NCBI RefSeq assembly: GCF_963921235.1
Contig: NC_086100.1
Coordinates: 203,486,001 to 203,550,000, forward strand
Length of the DNA stretch: 64,000 nucleotides
Direction: 5' to 3'
Source: Mobula hypostoma
Taxonomy: Eukaryota
Shown one piece after another: positions 12,660 to 26,809 of the stretch. The notes under the pieces are model-generated. The model did no database searches. It saw nothing but the letters and a program-made list of their open reading frames with translations, and was not told the DNA's origin. Made by a program: the position numbers and the translations under genes. Position 1 is the first letter of the stretch. The number at the start of each line of letters is the position of its first letter.

Positions 12660-13620
12660 ATCTGAAAATCTTATGCCCTCCCAACTGCACCAACTCCATA
12701 GCCATGTGTTAAATTGTATAATCTTCCTGTTTCTGGTACAGTATGTGGCACAGGTGGCAACCCTGAGATCACAACCCTGGATGTGCTGCCCTTGAACTTA
12801 GCACCTCACTCCCTGAACCCCCTCTGCTGAACCTCGTTACTCCACCAACCCATATCATTGCCCACATGGACCACAACTTCCACTGTTCACCTTCCTTAAG
12901 AATGCTAAACACTCGACCAGAGATGTACCAGACCCGAGCACACAGGAGGCGACATACCATCCTGAAATCTCGTTCTCACCCACAGAACATCCAGTCTGTT
13001 TCCTTAACTAATGTATGGCTGATCACACAGCTCGACTCTTCTCTGCTCTTCCCTCCTGAGTGACAGAGCGAGAGACCCAATGGCTGTGTCTTCCGTCCTG
13101 AGTGACAGAGCCAGAGACCCAATGGCTGTGACTTCCCTCCTGAGTAACAGAGCGAGAGACCCAATGGCTGTGACTTCCCTCCTGAGTAACAGAGCGAGAG
13201 ACCCAATGGCTGTGACTTCCCTCCTGAGTAACAGAGCGAGAGACCCAATGGCTGTGACTTTCCTCTGCTGGGTCCCTCCTCACCCCGCCTGCAACAGTAT
13301 CCAGAATGATACCCCAGTTGTTAAGGGGATGACCACTGGGGTACTCTGCAATGGCTGTTTAACCTCTTCAATTCCCTGACTGTCTCCCAGTTTCCTGTGT
13401 TCTGTACTTTGGGTCCAACTACCTCTCTATACATCCTATCAGCCCTGAAGCCTCCAGAATGATCTGGTGTTCATTCAGTTCCAGCCTCTTAATGCAGATT
13501 GTTAGAAGCTGCAGCTGGATCCAATTCTCGAAGGTGTTGCCATCAGGGACACTGGAGGTGTCCCTGCCTTCCCACATCCCTCAAGAGGAGCTTTCCACTA
13601 CCCCACCTGAAATCTCTACT
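12660..13620 (-). mobile_element. Old degraded CR1 ORF1 (mirror of 55480-56300)
   Basis: Residual MVCRLLCARVWYIS / VVVHVGNND-like esterase sequence; reverse-complement similarity to 55480-56300. Confidence 0.65.
13049..13265. repeat. 42-bp tandem repeat, about 5 copies
   Basis: Unit CTTCCCTCCTGAGTAACAGAGCGAGAGACCCAATGGCTGTGA; gives 14-aa periodic ORFs in several frames. Confidence 0.95.
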
Positions 13621-13989
13621 GTTCTCACTGAGGAACTGAGGAAGGGGGCAAAAAACTTAATTATACCTTCCCTGACTGAAGGCTATCATCACTGAGAGCT
13701 AAAACCTCAAAATCACCACTCCAACTCTATTCACTCTGACATTGGCTGCTCCACTTGCTCCTGCCCAACTTTAAGTTCTGCTTCCAGATTGAAACCCAAA
13801 TATTGACTGGCCACTGCTCAAAGCTCCAACACAAAATTGCAGCTTTAATCCTCAACCACTGACCAGAGGCCATATTCAGCACTGTTTCCTCAAGGGATGA
13901 TCTTGCCTGACAAATCTGTTGGCATTGTTTGAAGAAGTAACAAGCAGAATAGACAAAGGACAATTGGTTTCCACAAGTGAAACTCTTGG

Positions 13990-15750
13990 TGGTATTCACT
14001 GAAAAAGCAACCTGAAGGATAGAAAAAGAAGAATCGGTTGATGTTGTGTACCTGGATTTTCAGGAGGCCTTTGACAAGGTGCTACACATGAGGCTGCTTA
14101 ACAAGCTATGAGCCCATGGTATTACAGACTCTAGCATGGATTAAGCAGTAGCTGTTTGATAGGAGCCAAAGAGTGAAATAAAGGAAGCTCTTTCTGGTTG
14201 GCAGCCAGTGACTCGTGGTGTTCCTCAGGAGTTAGCGTTTGGACTGGTAATTTTTATATTATATTCCAATAATTTGGTTGACAGAATTGATGGCTTTGTT
14301 ACAAAGTTTGCAGATGATACGAAGACATGAGGAGGGGCAGGCAGTTATAAGTAGAGAGGCTTCAGAAAGATTCAGACAGATTTGGAGTACTGTGTCCAGT
14401 TCTGGTCACCTCACTATAGGAAGGATGTGGAAGCATTGGAAAGGGTACAGAGGAGATTTACCAGGATGCTGTCTGGTTTAGAAAGTATGCATTATGATCA
14501 GAGATTAAGGGAGCTAGGGCTTTACTCTTTGGAGAGAAGGAGGATAAGAGGAGACATGATAGAGGTGTACAAGATAATAAGAGGAATAGATAGAGTGGAT
14601 AGCCAGCGCCTCTTCCCCAGGGCACCACTGCTCAATACAAGAGGACATGGCTTTAAGGTAAGGGGTGGGAAGTTCAAGGGGGATATCAGAGGAAGGTTTT
14701 TTACTCAGAGAGTGGTTGGTGCGTGGAATGCACTGCCTGAGTCAGTGGTGGAGGCAGATACACTAGTGAAGTCTAAGAGACTACTAGACAGGTATATGGA
14801 GGAATTTAAGGTGGGGGGTTATATGGGAGGCAGGGTTTGAGGGTTGGCACAACATTGTGGGCCGAAGGGCCTGTACTGTGCTGTACTATTCTATGTTCTA
14901 TGTTCTAGATTTGAAGAATGGCCAAAGAAATAGCAGGTGGAATACAGAGCTGGGAAGTGTATGTTCAGGCACTTCGGTAGAAGAAATGAAAGTGTTGACT
15001 TTTTCTTCTAAATGGAGAAAAAATACAAAACAACTGAGGCACAAAGGTACATGGGGAGTCCATGGTTAGGATCCCTAAAGGTTAATTTGCATGTTGAGTC
15101 TTGTGTGAGGAAGGCAACTGTAATGTTAGCCTTCATTTCCAGATGTCTACAGTATATGAGAAAGGATGTAATTTGGAAAGTTTGTATTCACTGGTGAGGC
15201 CTCACTTGGAGTATTGTGAACAGGTCTGGGCCCCTTATATCGGAAAGAATGTGCTGAAACTGGAGAGGGTTCAATGTGGGTTCAGAAAAAATATTCCACG
15301 ATTGAATGGCTTGTCATATGAAGAGCGTTTGATGGTCCTGAGCCTTTATTCACCAGAAGAATTAGGGCTGATCTCACTGAAACTTATCAAATTGTGAAAG
15401 GGCTGATTGAGTGGATGTGGAAAGGATGCTTCGTGTGGTGGACAACTCTATTACCAGGAAGCAGAGCATCAGAATAGACGGGTGTCCTTTTAGAATGGAG
15501 ATGAGGAGCAATTTCTTTAGACAGAGAGTGGTGAATCTGTGGAAATGTTTGCCACAGGCAGCTGTGGAGGCCAATTCTTTATGTACAGTTAAGGGAGAGG
15601 TACATAGATTCTTGATTGATCTGGGCACGAAGGGATACAGTGACAAGACAGGAGATTGGTGAAATTTGGATCAGCCATGATGAAATGATGGAACAGTCTC
15701 GATGGGGTAAAGGGCCTCATTCTGCTGCTGTATCTTACGTTCTGATGGTC
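13990..15750 (+). mobile_element. Degraded CR1 3' half with a nested younger CR1 3' fragment (14385-14906)
   Basis: RT motifs with many stops. The nested piece ends in (CTATGTT)n and is flanked by TSD AGATTTG (14378-14384 and 14907-14913). Confidence 0.85.
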
Positions 15751-17263
15751 TGTCCCCAGTATGAACTCGCTGATGTAGTTTCAGGTCAGATGACAAAGTG
15801 AATCCCTTTCCACAATCTAAGAAGGTGAATGGTTTCTCCCCAGTGTGAACGAATTGGTGTCTCTGTAGCTTGGATGACCGAGTGAATCCCTTCCCACATT
15901 CAGAACAGGTGAACGGCCTCTCCCCAGTGTGAACCAGCCGGTGTCTCTGTAGGGTGGATGAGTGCGCGAATGCCTTCCCACAATCTGAGCAGGTGAACGG
16001 CCTCTCCCCAGTGTGGATTCGCTGGTGTGACAAAAGGTTGGATGACTGAGTGAATCCCTTCCCACATTCAGAGCAGGTGAACGGTCTCTCCCCAGTGTGA
16101 ACCAGCTGGTGTCTCTGTAGGGTGGATGAGTGAGTGAATTCCTTTCCACATACAGAGCAGGTGAACGGCCTCTCCCCAATGTGAACTCGCAGATGTATTT
16201 TCAAGTCTGATGACCCAGCAAACTCCTTCCCACAGTCTGAGCAGATGAATGGCCTCTCTCCAGTGTGAACTCGCCGGTGCACTTTCAAGCCAGATGATCG
16301 AGTGAATTCCTTCCCACAGTCTGAGCAGATGAACGGTTTCTCCCCAGTGTGAAGTAACTGGTGTCTCAGTAGACGAAATGACAGACTGAATCTTTTCCCA
16401 CAGTCTGAGCAGATGAACGGTTTCTCGCCAGTGTGAAAGCACTGATGTGTGTTCAGTTCAGATGACCGAATAAATTGCTTCCCACAGTCCGAGCAGGTGA
16501 ATGGCCTCTCCCCAGTGTGAACTCGCTGATGTATTTTCAAGTCAGATGACCGAGTGAATCGCTTCCCACATTCGGAGCAGCTGAACGGTTTCTCCCCAGT
16601 GTGAACTCGCTGATGTAGGTTCAGCTGAGTTGAACGACTGAATTCCTTACCACAGTCCGAACAAGTGAACGGTTTCTCCCCGGTGTGAATTCGCTGATGT
16701 TCCTTCAGTTGAGATGACCGAGTGAATCCTTTCTCACATACTGAGCAGGTGAATGGTTTCTCCCCAGTGTGAACCAGCCAGTGTGTCTGTAGTTTGGATG
16801 ACTGAGTGAATCCCTTCCCACATTCAGAGCAGGTGAATGGCCTCTCCCCAGTGTGAACCAGCCAGTGCCTCTGTAGTTTGGATGAGTGTGTGAAACCTTT
16901 CCCACATTCAGAGCAGGTGAACGGACTCTCCCCAGTGTGAACTCGCTGATGTACCTTCAAGTCAGATGACCGAGTGAATCCCTTCCCACATTCAGAGCAG
17001 CTGAACAGTTTCTCCCCAGTGTGAATTTTCTGATGTTCCTGTAGTTGAGATGACCGAATGAATGCCTTCCCACAGTCTGAACAGATGAATGGTTTCTCCC
17101 CAGTGTGAACCAACTGGTGTCTCAGTAGATGAGATGACCGAGTGAATCCCTTCCCACAGTCTGAGCAGGTGAACGGCCTCTCCCCAGTGTGAACTCGCTG
17201 ATGTACCTTCAATTGAGATGACTGAGTGAACTCCTTCCCACAGTCTGAGCAGGTGAACGGCAT
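15671..17263 (-). CDS. C2H2 zinc-finger protein, 18 tandem fingers (17 canonical, last lacks first Cys), no KRAB/SCAN seen
   Basis: Uninterrupted 530-aa ORF of CxxC-12x-HxxxH repeats with TGE(K/R)PF linkers; ATG at 17263. Confidence 0.9.
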   Translation of the reverse strand: MPFTCSDCGKEFTQSSQLKVHQRVHTGERPFTCSDCGKGFTRSSHLLRHQLVHTGEKPFICSDCGKAFIRSSQLQEHQKIHTGEKLFSCSECGKGFTRSSDLKVHQRVHTGESPFTCSECGKGFTHSSKLQRHWLVHTGERPFTCSECGKGFTQSSKLQTHWLVHTGEKPFTCSVCEKGFTRSSQLKEHQRIHTGEKPFTCSDCGKEFSRSTQLNLHQRVHTGEKPFSCSECGKRFTRSSDLKIHQRVHTGERPFTCSDCGKQFIRSSELNTHQCFHTGEKPFICSDCGKRFSLSFRLLRHQLLHTGEKPFICSDCGKEFTRSSGLKVHRRVHTGERPFICSDCGKEFAGSSDLKIHLRVHIGERPFTCSVCGKEFTHSSTLQRHQLVHTGERPFTCSECGKGFTQSSNLLSHQRIHTGERPFTCSDCGKAFAHSSTLQRHRLVHTGERPFTCSECGKGFTRSSKLQRHQFVHTGEKPFTFLDCGKGFTLSSDLKLHQRVHTGDRPSERKIQQQNEALYPIETVPSFHHG

Positions 17264-17915
17264 CTTCTCAGTGTGAACTGGCTGATGTTTGTTCAGTTGA
17301 GAGGACTAAATGAAGAGGAGGTGAATGGCCATGGCACAGTGTGAACTTGCTGGCATCTCTGCAGCTTGGTTGAGTGTGAGAGTGCCTTCCCACAGTCTGA
17401 GAAATGTCCTCTCACAGGTGTGAACTTGCTGATGTATCTTCAGACTGGATGACTGAGTAGTTCTCCCCCCATACACAGAGCGGGTGAATGGCCTCTCCCC
17501 GCTGTGAACTCACTGGTGTGTCTGCAGGTCGGCTGTGAGTGAATCTCTTCCCACGCTGAGAGAAGGAGAATGATATCTCACTGTGATCAATTCTCTGGCA
17601 ATTCAGATAGTCAGATGTTTGAATCCCTTGTACAATCAATGCAGTTGAAGAACTGATCTCCAGTGAACAAATTCTGCTGTGTTCTCAGCACCCTGGTTCC
17701 AATGAATTTCACTGAGTTACAACAGAAAACTTCATTTCAGGCACAAAATACATTACCAGCTGTGATGAGACAGTTCTTCATCTCTAAGGATCAACAACAA
17801 ATGTGTTGGTATCACAAGGAAAATATTTGCTGATTCCTTAAATATCCAGAGACAGCAAAATGGATAAGTTTTTGTGTTCGAGATTCCCATACACAAGTGT
17901 TCTGCCATTTCAAAC
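17264..17915 (-). other. Probable 5' part of the ZNF exon with decayed fingers; candidate acceptor at 17916-17917
   Basis: Minus strand ATATTTTTACAG|GTTTG, conserved at 38223-38224 in the mirror copy; frameshifted finger remnants between about 17264 and 17570. Confidence 0.55.
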
Positions 17916-18522
17916 CTGTAAAAATATTTTCAAAAGACATCAGTAGGTGAAGGACAATATTTCAGGTGAGATTTTAGTCTGTGGTGAAAACATGGCCCGT
18001 CGAGCCTGCTCCGCCATTGAATAAGATCATGTCTATCTGGCCATGGACCCATCTCCACCTACCTGCCTTTTCCCCATAATCCTTAATTCCCCTAGTATAC
18101 GAAAATCTATCCAACCTTGTCTCAAATACATTTACTGGATAGAGAAATCCACAGATTCACCACCCTCTGGGAAAAGCAGTTCCTCCTCATCTCCATCCTA
18201 AATGCCCCGAATCTTGAGGCAATGTCCCCTAGTTCTAGTCTCACCTCCTAGTGGAAACAACTTTCCTGCCTTTATCTTATCTACCCCTTTAATAATTTTT
18301 CATGCTGCTCTCAATGTGAGCTCTGGCATCACAAGTTGGAGGAACTCAGGTTGAGATGTATCCCAGGCTACTGTGGGAAGCGAGGGAGGAGACCGTTGAG
18401 CCTCTGGCAATGATCTTTGTATTATCAATCAGGAAGGGAGATGTACCAGAGGATTGGAAGACATTGTTCCCTTGTTCAGGAAAGGGCATAGAAGTAACCC
18501 GGGAAATTATCGACCAGTGAGT

Positions 18523-21500
18523 AGAGAGTACCCCTGTGGCCATCCCCCTCAGTAATCATTATCCCGTTTTGGATGCTGTTGGGGGGGGGGGGTGACCTGA
18601 CAGAGGACGACCACGGCGATCGGGTCTCTGGCACTGAGCCTGGTTCCGTGGTGCAGAAGGGAAAGAGGAAGATGAGGAATTCAGTAGTGTTAGGGTTTAG
18701 AATAGTGAGGGGAACAGACAGGAGGTTCTGTCAGCCTGATAGAGATACCTGCATGGTGTGCTGCCTCCCAGGTGCCAGGGTACGGGATGTCTCGGATCGG
18801 GTGCAGAGTATTCTGAAGGGCACTGGCAACCAGCCAGAAGTGTTGGTACACATTGGTATAAATGACATAGGTGGAAAAAGGGAGGAGGTCCTGAAGAGAG
18901 TCAGGGAGTTAGGTAGTAAGCTGAAAGGCAGGACCTCAAGGGTATCAAGTTCAGGATTGCTGCCTGTGCCACGAGCTAACGAGTGTAAGAATAGCATAAT
19001 CAGGCGTATTATGCGTGGCTGAGAGACTGGTGTAGGGGGCAGGGGTTCAGATTCCTGGATCATTGGGGCCTCTTCTGGGGGAGGTATGACCTGTACAAAA
19101 AGGATGGGTTACACCTGAACCCTAATAGGTTCAATATCCGAGAGGGCACATTTAATACAGCTGTTAGGGAGGGTTTAAACTAATTTGGCTGGGGGATGGG
19201 AACCAGAGTGATAGGGCTGAGGAAGGGGAAAACAGAAATAAATCAAAGATAGCATGCAACAGAGATCATAGAAAGAACAGGCAGGAGATGAGGCTTAATT
19301 AAAGCCAGTGGCATGAGTTACAGGGCAATAGTGGCCTGGTGCAGTTAAAACAGAAAGCAACATATCCTGGACTGGGAGTGTTGTAATTGAATGCACGTAG
19401 CATAAGGAATAGAATGGATGACCTTGAAATTCAGTTAGAGATTGACCAATATGACATTGTGGCCATCTCTGAAACTGGGCAAAAGGACGGCTGCCATTGT
19501 GAGCTGAACGTCCAAGGATATATGGTGCATTGGAAAGATAGCTTAGTCGACAGAGGGGATGGTGTGGCTCTGTCTATAAGAAACCATATTAAATCATTGG
19601 AGAGAGATGACATAGGATTGGAAGGTGGAGAGTCTCTACGGGTTGAGTTAAGAAATGACAAGGGTAAAAGGACCCTAATGGCAGCTGTATTCAGGCCTCT
19701 AAACAGCAGCCGGGATGTGGATTACAAACTACAGCAGGAGACAGAAAAGGCGTGTTAGAAAGGCAACGCCATGATAATCGTTGGGGATTTGAACATGAAA
19801 GTGGATTGGGAAAACCAGGCCAGTACTGGACGTCAAGAGAGAGAATTTGTAGAATGGCTAAGGGATGGCTTTTTAGATCAGCTTGTTGAGCCCACTAGGG
19901 GTTTGGCTGTGCAATGATCCAGAGGTGATAAGAGAGTTTAAGGTTAAGGAACCCTGAGGGAACAGTGATCACAATATGATCGAGTTCACATTGAAATTTA
20001 AGAGGAAAAAAATAAAATCCAATGTGTTGGTATTTCAGCGGAATAAAGGAAATTACAATGGCACGAGAGGGGAACTGGCCAAAGTTGACTGGAAAGAGAC
20101 ACTAGCAGGAAGGACAGCAGAGTAGCAATGCCTGGAGTTTCTGTGAAAAATGAGGGAAGTGCAAGACAGGTATATTCCAAATAAGAAGAAATTTTCAAAA
20201 GGAAGAAGGACACTACCATGGCTGACAAGTGAAGTCAGAGCCAAAGTAAAAGCAAAAGAGAGGGCATACACGGAAGCAAAAGCTAGTGGGAAGATAGAGG
20301 ATTGGGGAGCTTTTAAAAACTTGCAGAAGGCAACTAAGGTGGTCATTCGGAAGGAACAGTTGAATTATGAGAGGAAGCTGGTGACTAATATCAAAGAAGA
20401 TACTGAAAGCTTTATTAAGTATATAAGGGGTAAAACAGAGTCAAGGGTAGGTATAGCACCAATACAAAATGAGACTGGAGATATTGTAATGAGAGATGCA
20501 CCTTCACAGTGGAAGATGTCTGCAGTATACTGGACATTCAAGAGTGTCAGGGAAATGAAGTATGTGTAGTGAAAATTACGACTGAGAAGGTGCTTAGGAA
20601 GCTTAAGGGTCTGAGGGTGGATAAATCTCCTGGACCTGATGGAATGCACCCTCGGGTTCTGAAGGAAGTAGCTGGAGAGATAGTCGAGGCATTAACAATG
20701 ATCTTTCAAGAATCAATAGATTTTGGCACTGTACTGAATGACTGGAAAATTGCAAATGTTATTTCACAATTGAAAAAGGGTGGGAGGCAGCAGAAAGGAA
20801 ACTATAGACCAGTTAGGATGACTTCAGTGGTTGGCAGTTGTTGGAATTGATTATTAGTCATAGTCATAGTCATACTTTATTGATCCCGGGGGAAATTGGT
20901 TTTCATTACAGTTGCACCATAAATAATTAAATAGTAATAAAACCATAGTTAAATAGTAATATGTAAATTATGCCAGGAAGTAAGTCCAGGACCAGCCCAT
21001 TGGCTCAGGGTGTCTGACCTTCCAAGGGAGGAGTTGTAAAGTTTGATGGCCACAGGCAGGAATGACTTCCTATGACGCTCTGTGTTGCATGTTGGTGGAA
21101 TGAGTCTCTGGCTGAATGTACTCCTGTGCCCACCCAGTACATTATGTAGTGGATGGGAGACATTGTTCAAGATGGCATGCAACTTGGACAGCATCCTCTT
21201 TTCAGACACCACCATCAGAGAGTCCAGTTCCATCCTCACAACATCACTGGCCTTACGAATGAGTTTGTTGATTCTGTTGGTGACTGCTACCCATGACATT
21301 AAAGGGCACCTAGAGGCACATGTCAAGATAGGCCAAAGCCAGCATGGTTTCCTGAAAGGAAAATCATGCCTGACAAACCTACTGAAATTCTTTGAGGAAA
21401 TTACAAGCAGGGTAGACAAAGGAGATGCAGTAGATGTGGTGTACTTGGATTTTCAGAAGACCTTTGACAAGGTGCCACACATGAGGCTGCTTGGCAAAAT

Positions 21501-22597
21501 AAGAGCCCATTGAATTCTAGGGAAGTTGTTTGTGTGGGTGCAGCATTGGATGGTCAGCAGAAAACAGAGATAAAGGGAACCTATTCTCACTGGCTGCCCA
21601 TTACCAGTGGAGTTCCACAGCAGTCGGTGTTGGGACCACTGCTTTTTATGATCTATATCAATGATTTAGACTACAGTATTAATGGATTTGTGGCTAAATT
21701 TGCCGATGATACAAAGAAAGGTGAAAGAGTGGGTAGTGTTGAGGAAACAAAGAGCCTGCAGAGAGATTTAGATAGTTTAGGAGAATGGGCAAAGAAGTGG
21801 CAAATGAAATACAATGTTGCAAAGAGTATGGTCATGCATTTTGGTGGAAAAAGTAAACAGGCAGACTAATATTTAGATGGGGAGAGAATTCAAAATGCAG
21901 AAATGCAAAGGGACGTGGAAGTCCTTGTGCAGGATACCCTGAAGGTTAATCTCCAGGTTTAGTCTGTCGTGAAGAAAGCAAATGCAACGTTGGCATTCAT
22001 TTCTCAAGGTATAGAATATAAGAGCAGGGATGTGATGTTGAGGCTCTATAAGGCACTCGTGAGACCACACTTGGAGTATTGTGTGCGGTTTTGGGCTCCT
22101 TATTTTAGAGAGGATATACTGACATTGGAGAGGGTTCAGAGTAGATTCATGAGAATGATTCCAGAAATGAACGAGTTTCCGTATGAGGAACGTCTGGCAG
22201 CTCTTGAATGAGAGGGGATCTCATCGATGCATTAAAAGGCCTGAATAGATTAGATATGGCAAAGTTATTTCCCCGGGTGGGGGATTCTAGAACAAGAGGG
22301 CATGACTGAAAGATATGCTTTCAGAAATGAGATGTGGAGAAATTACTTTAGTCAGTGGGTGGTAAAATCTGTGGAATATGTTGCCACGAGTGGCTGTGAA
22401 GGCCAAGTCACTGGGTGTACTTAAGGCAGAGATAGATAGGTTCTGGATTAACCAGGGCATCAAAAGGTATGGGGTGAAAGCAGGGGAGTGGGGATGACTG
22501 GAAGAATTGGATCTACCCATGACAGAATGGCGGAGCAGACGTGAAAGGCCGAATGGCCTACTACTGCTCCTAAATCTTATAGTCTTCTGGTCTTACG
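18523..22597 (+). mobile_element. CR1 LINE (5'-truncated in ORF1; APE and RT, degraded), nested in an older CR1 (18340-18522 and 22598-23680)
   Basis: ORF1 esterase CLPGARVRDV, APE NARSIRN, RT motifs, (GGTCTTA)-type tail; TSD GAGT at 18519-18522 and 22598-22601. Confidence 0.88.
20855..21291 (-). mobile_element. Rex1/Babar-type LINE 3' fragment inside CR1
   Basis: Minus-strand HPLH...T.RHRKSFLPVAIKLYN C-terminus, GATCAATAAAG signal and (TATGAC)n tail. Confidence 0.8.
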
Positions 22598-23732
22598 GAG
22601 TCTTGCTTCAGTGGTGGCCAAGTTGTTGGAGAAAATCCTGGGAGGCAGGATTTATGATCATTTGGAGAGACATAATCTGATTAGGGGTAGTCAGCATGGC
22701 TTTGTCAAGGGCAGGTCATGCCTTACGAACCTGATTGAATTCTTTGAGGATGCAACAAAACACACTGATGAAGGTAGAGCATTGGACGTAGTGTACATGG
22801 CTTTGAGTGAGGCTCATTCAGAAAGTAATGAGGTAAGGATCCAATGCGACCTTGCTTTGTGGATCCAGAATTGGCTTGCCAACAGAAGACAAAGAGTAGA
22901 TATAGATGCTTTGTATTCTGCATGGAGGGCGGTGGCCAGTGGTGTTCTGCAGGGATCTGTTCTGGGACCCCTCCTCTTTGTAATTTTTAGAAATGACCTT
23001 GATGAGGAAGTAGAAGGGTGGGGTAGTAAGTCTGTTGATGACACAAAATTTGGGGGTTTTGTGGATAGTCTGGACGGTTGTCAGAGTTGAGCGCGACATT
23101 GGGCTGAGAAGTGGCAGATGGGGTTCAACCCAGTGGTTCCTTTCAGTAGGTCAGATTTGAAGACAGAATACAATATAAATGTTGGGACTCTTGGCAGTGT
23201 AGAGGATCAGCGAGATCTTGGGGTCCGTATGAATAGTGTATGCAGAGCTGCTGTGTACGATGACATTGCTGTTAAGAAGCCCTTCATCAACCATGGGACT
23301 GAGTTCGAAAGCTGTGAGGTAATGTTACAGATATATAAGGCCTTAGTTAGACCCCACTTTTGGTACTGTGTTTAATTCTGGTCACCTCAATACAGGAACA
23401 ATATGGATACTGCAGACAGAGTGCAGAGGAGATCTACAAGAATGTTCCATGGATTGGAAGTACATACAAGGAGGATGTTAGAGGTAAGTTTTTCCACACA
23501 GAGTGGCATGCACTGCGAAGGTGGGAGAGGTAGATACAACAGGACCTTTTAAGAGTCTCTGAGATAGGTACATGGAGCTTAGAAATATAGAGGGCTATAT
23601 GGTAGGGAAATTTTAGGCAGTTTCTCGAACGCAGTCAGCACAACATTGTGGGCTGAAGGGCCTGATTTCTGTTTCTACACGAACTCCTCATGGTCTAACA
23701 AGGCACAGATCACGCATCCTGACTGACCATCA

Positions 23733-26243
23733 AGGTGAAAATAAGGGTTTCTACAGTTATATTAATAGCAAAAGGATAGTAAGGGATAAAATTGGTCCCT
23801 TAGCCTCCAGGTTGAGTCGGTAGTGAAGAAGGCGAATGCAATGTTGGCATTCATTTCTACAGGAATAGAGTATAGGTGCAGGGATGTGATGTTGAGGCTC
23901 TATAAGGCACTGGTGAGACCTCACTTGGAGTACTGTGGGCGGTTTTGGTCTCCTTATTTAAGAAAGGATGTGCTGACGTTGGAGAGGGTACAGAGAAGGT
24001 TCACTAGAATGATTCCAGGAATGAGAGGGTTAACATATGAGGAACGTTTCTCTGCTCTTGGACTGTATTCCTTGGAGTTTAGAAGAATGAGGGGAGACCT
24101 CATAGAAACATTTCAAATGTTGAAAGGCATGGACAGAGTGGATGTGGCAAAGTTGTTTCCCATGATGGGGGAGTCTATTACGAGAGGGCATGACTTAAGG
24201 ATTGAAGGGTGCCCATTCAGAACAGAAATGTGAAGAAATTTTTTTAGCCAGAGGGTGGTGAATCTATGGAATTTGTTGCCACGGGCAGCAGTGGAGGCCA
24301 AGTCATTGGGTGTATTTAAGGCAGAGATTGATAGGTATCTGAGTAGCCAGGGCATCAAAGGTTATGGTGAGAAGGCGGGGGAGTGGGACTAAACGGGAGA
24401 ATGGATCAGCTCATGATAAATTGATGGGCCGAATGGCCGACCTCTGCTCCTTTGTCTTATGGTCTTACGGTCTTAGAGAATCACAGAGGACAGCTATGTG
24501 TGGAGCCAAAAGAGATGAGGGAGATTTTGAATAATTTCTTTACTTCCATATTCACTAAGGAGAAGGATATTGAATTGTGTAAGGTAAGGGAAACAAGAAG
24601 GGTAGTTATGGAAACTATGATGATTAAAGAAGGGCAAGTACTGGCGTTTTTAAGGAATATAAAAGTGGATAAGTCTCCGGGTCCGGACAGGATATTCCTT
24701 AGGACCTTGAGGGAAGTTAGTGCGGAAATAGCAGGGGCTCTGACAGAAATATTTCAAATGTCATTAGAAACAGGGATGGTGCCGGAGGATTGGCGTATTG
24801 CTCATGTTATTCCATTGTTTAAAAAGGGTTCTAAGAGTAAACCTAGCAATAATCGGCCTGTGTGTTTGACGTCAGTGGTGGGTAAATTGATGGAAAGTAT
24901 TCTTAGAGATGGTATATATAATTATCTGGATAGACAGGGTCTGATTAGGAACAGTCAACATGGATTTGTGCGTGGAAGGTCATGTTTGACAAATCTTATT
25001 GAATTTTTGATGAGGTTACCAGGAAAGCTGATGAGGGTAAAGCAGTGGATGTTGTCTACATGGACTTCAGTAAGGCCTTTGACAAGGTTCCACACGGAAG
25101 GTTAGTTAGGAAGGTTCAATCATTAGGTATTAATATTGAAGTAGTAAAATGGATTCAGCAGTGGCTGGATGGGAGACGCCAGAGAGTAGTGGTGGATAAC
25201 TGTGTGTCAGATTGGAGGCCGGTGTCTAGTGGTGTGCCTCAGGGATCTGTACTGGGTCCAATGTTGTTTGTCATATATATTAATGATCTGGATGATGGGG
25301 TGGTAAATTGGATTAGTAAGTATGCAGATGATACTAACTGGTGGAGTTGTGGATAATGAAGTAGGTTTTCAAAGCTTGCAGAGCGATTTAGACCACTTAG
25401 AAGAGTGGGCTGAAAGATGGCAGATGGAGTTTAATACTGGTAAATGTGAGGTGCCACATTTTGGTAGGACTAATCAAAATAGGACATACATGGTAAATGG
25501 TAGGGCACTGAGAATGCAGTAGAACAGAGGGATCTAGGAATAATGGTGCATAGTTCCCTGAAGGTGGAATCTCATGTGGATAGGGTGGTGAAGAAAGCTT
25601 TTGGTATGCTGGCCTTTATAAATCACAGCATTGAGTATAGGAGTTGGGATGTAACATTGAAATTGTATAAGGCATTGGTGAGGCCAAATTTAGAGTATTG
25701 TGTACAGTTCAGGTCAACGAATTATAGGAAAGATGTCAATAAAATTGAGAGAGTACAGAGGAGATGTACTAAAATGTTGCCTGGGTTTCATCTCCTAATT
25801 TACAGAGAAAGATTGAACAAGTTGGGTCTTCATTCTTTGGAGCATAGAAGGTTGAGAGGGGACTTGATAGACGTATTTAAAATTATGAGGGGGATGGATA
25901 GAGTTGATGTGGATAGGCTTTTTCCATTGAGATTGGGGGAGATTCAAACAAAAGGAAATGAGTTGAGAGTTAAAGGGCCAAAGTTTAGGGGTAACATGAG
26001 GGGGAACTTCTTTACTCAGAGAGTGGTAGCTGTGTGGAACAAGGTTCCAGCAGAAGTGGTTGATTCAGGTTCAATGTTGTCATTCAAAGTTAAATTGTAT
26101 AGATATATGGACAGGAAAGGAATGGAGGGTTATGGGCTGAGTGCAGGTCAGTGGGATTAGGTGAGAGTAAGAGTTCGGCACGGACTTGAAGGGCTGAGAT
26201 GGCCTGTTTCCATGCTGTAATTGTTTTACAGTTATATGGTTAT
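23733..26243 (+). mobile_element. CR1 3' portion (RT) with a nested CR1 3' fragment at 23804-24471
   Basis: RT motifs [26 protein letters not shown]. Nested piece flanked by CTTAG (23799-23803 and 24472-24476). The whole insertion is absent from the mirror site at about 33115. Confidence 0.88.
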
Positions 26244-26809
26244 AAATTCTCTGACTGTATGAGAATGGGCTATTTCTGCATTCAATCAACCTGTGACTTG
26301 ATTCAATTTGTCTCTGTCCTTTGGTATTATTTCAAGTTCTGGTCATGTTCCACAACACTACAAAGAGCACTTGTTACTACATGTATGATCCTGGAGATAT
26401 TCTAATTACTCGGATCCTCACCCCCAGCTGACTGACAGTGATGAACCCATTGATGGCAACGCCAACGAACATGAAGGGGAGGGCAACAGTAATTCTCATT
26501 GAAGTGTGGCACTTTTGTGATTTGAAAGCCACAAGTCACTTGTCCTCGAGGACTAAGGAGTTTCATATCGTTACTTACACAGAGAGAACTAGGTCTGACG
26601 GGAGGATTTTTTTGTCATACAGCACTAATTGGCATTTTTACTGACTGGAAGGTAGATTTTTTATCCGAGATTAACTAGGAGATATATATTTGTTTTTAGT
26701 TACTAATCCTTGGATTTACATAGCTGGAGCTTGGCAGTGTTTGGGAGATACAATCACTCCAATTTCCTCTGACTGTACAGGTCAACACTGGTACAGTCAC
26801 ACATGGCTG

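Noticed and set aside
12976..13379. ORFs with 14-aa repeats on both strands
   Set aside because: By-product of a stop-poor 42-bp tandem repeat.
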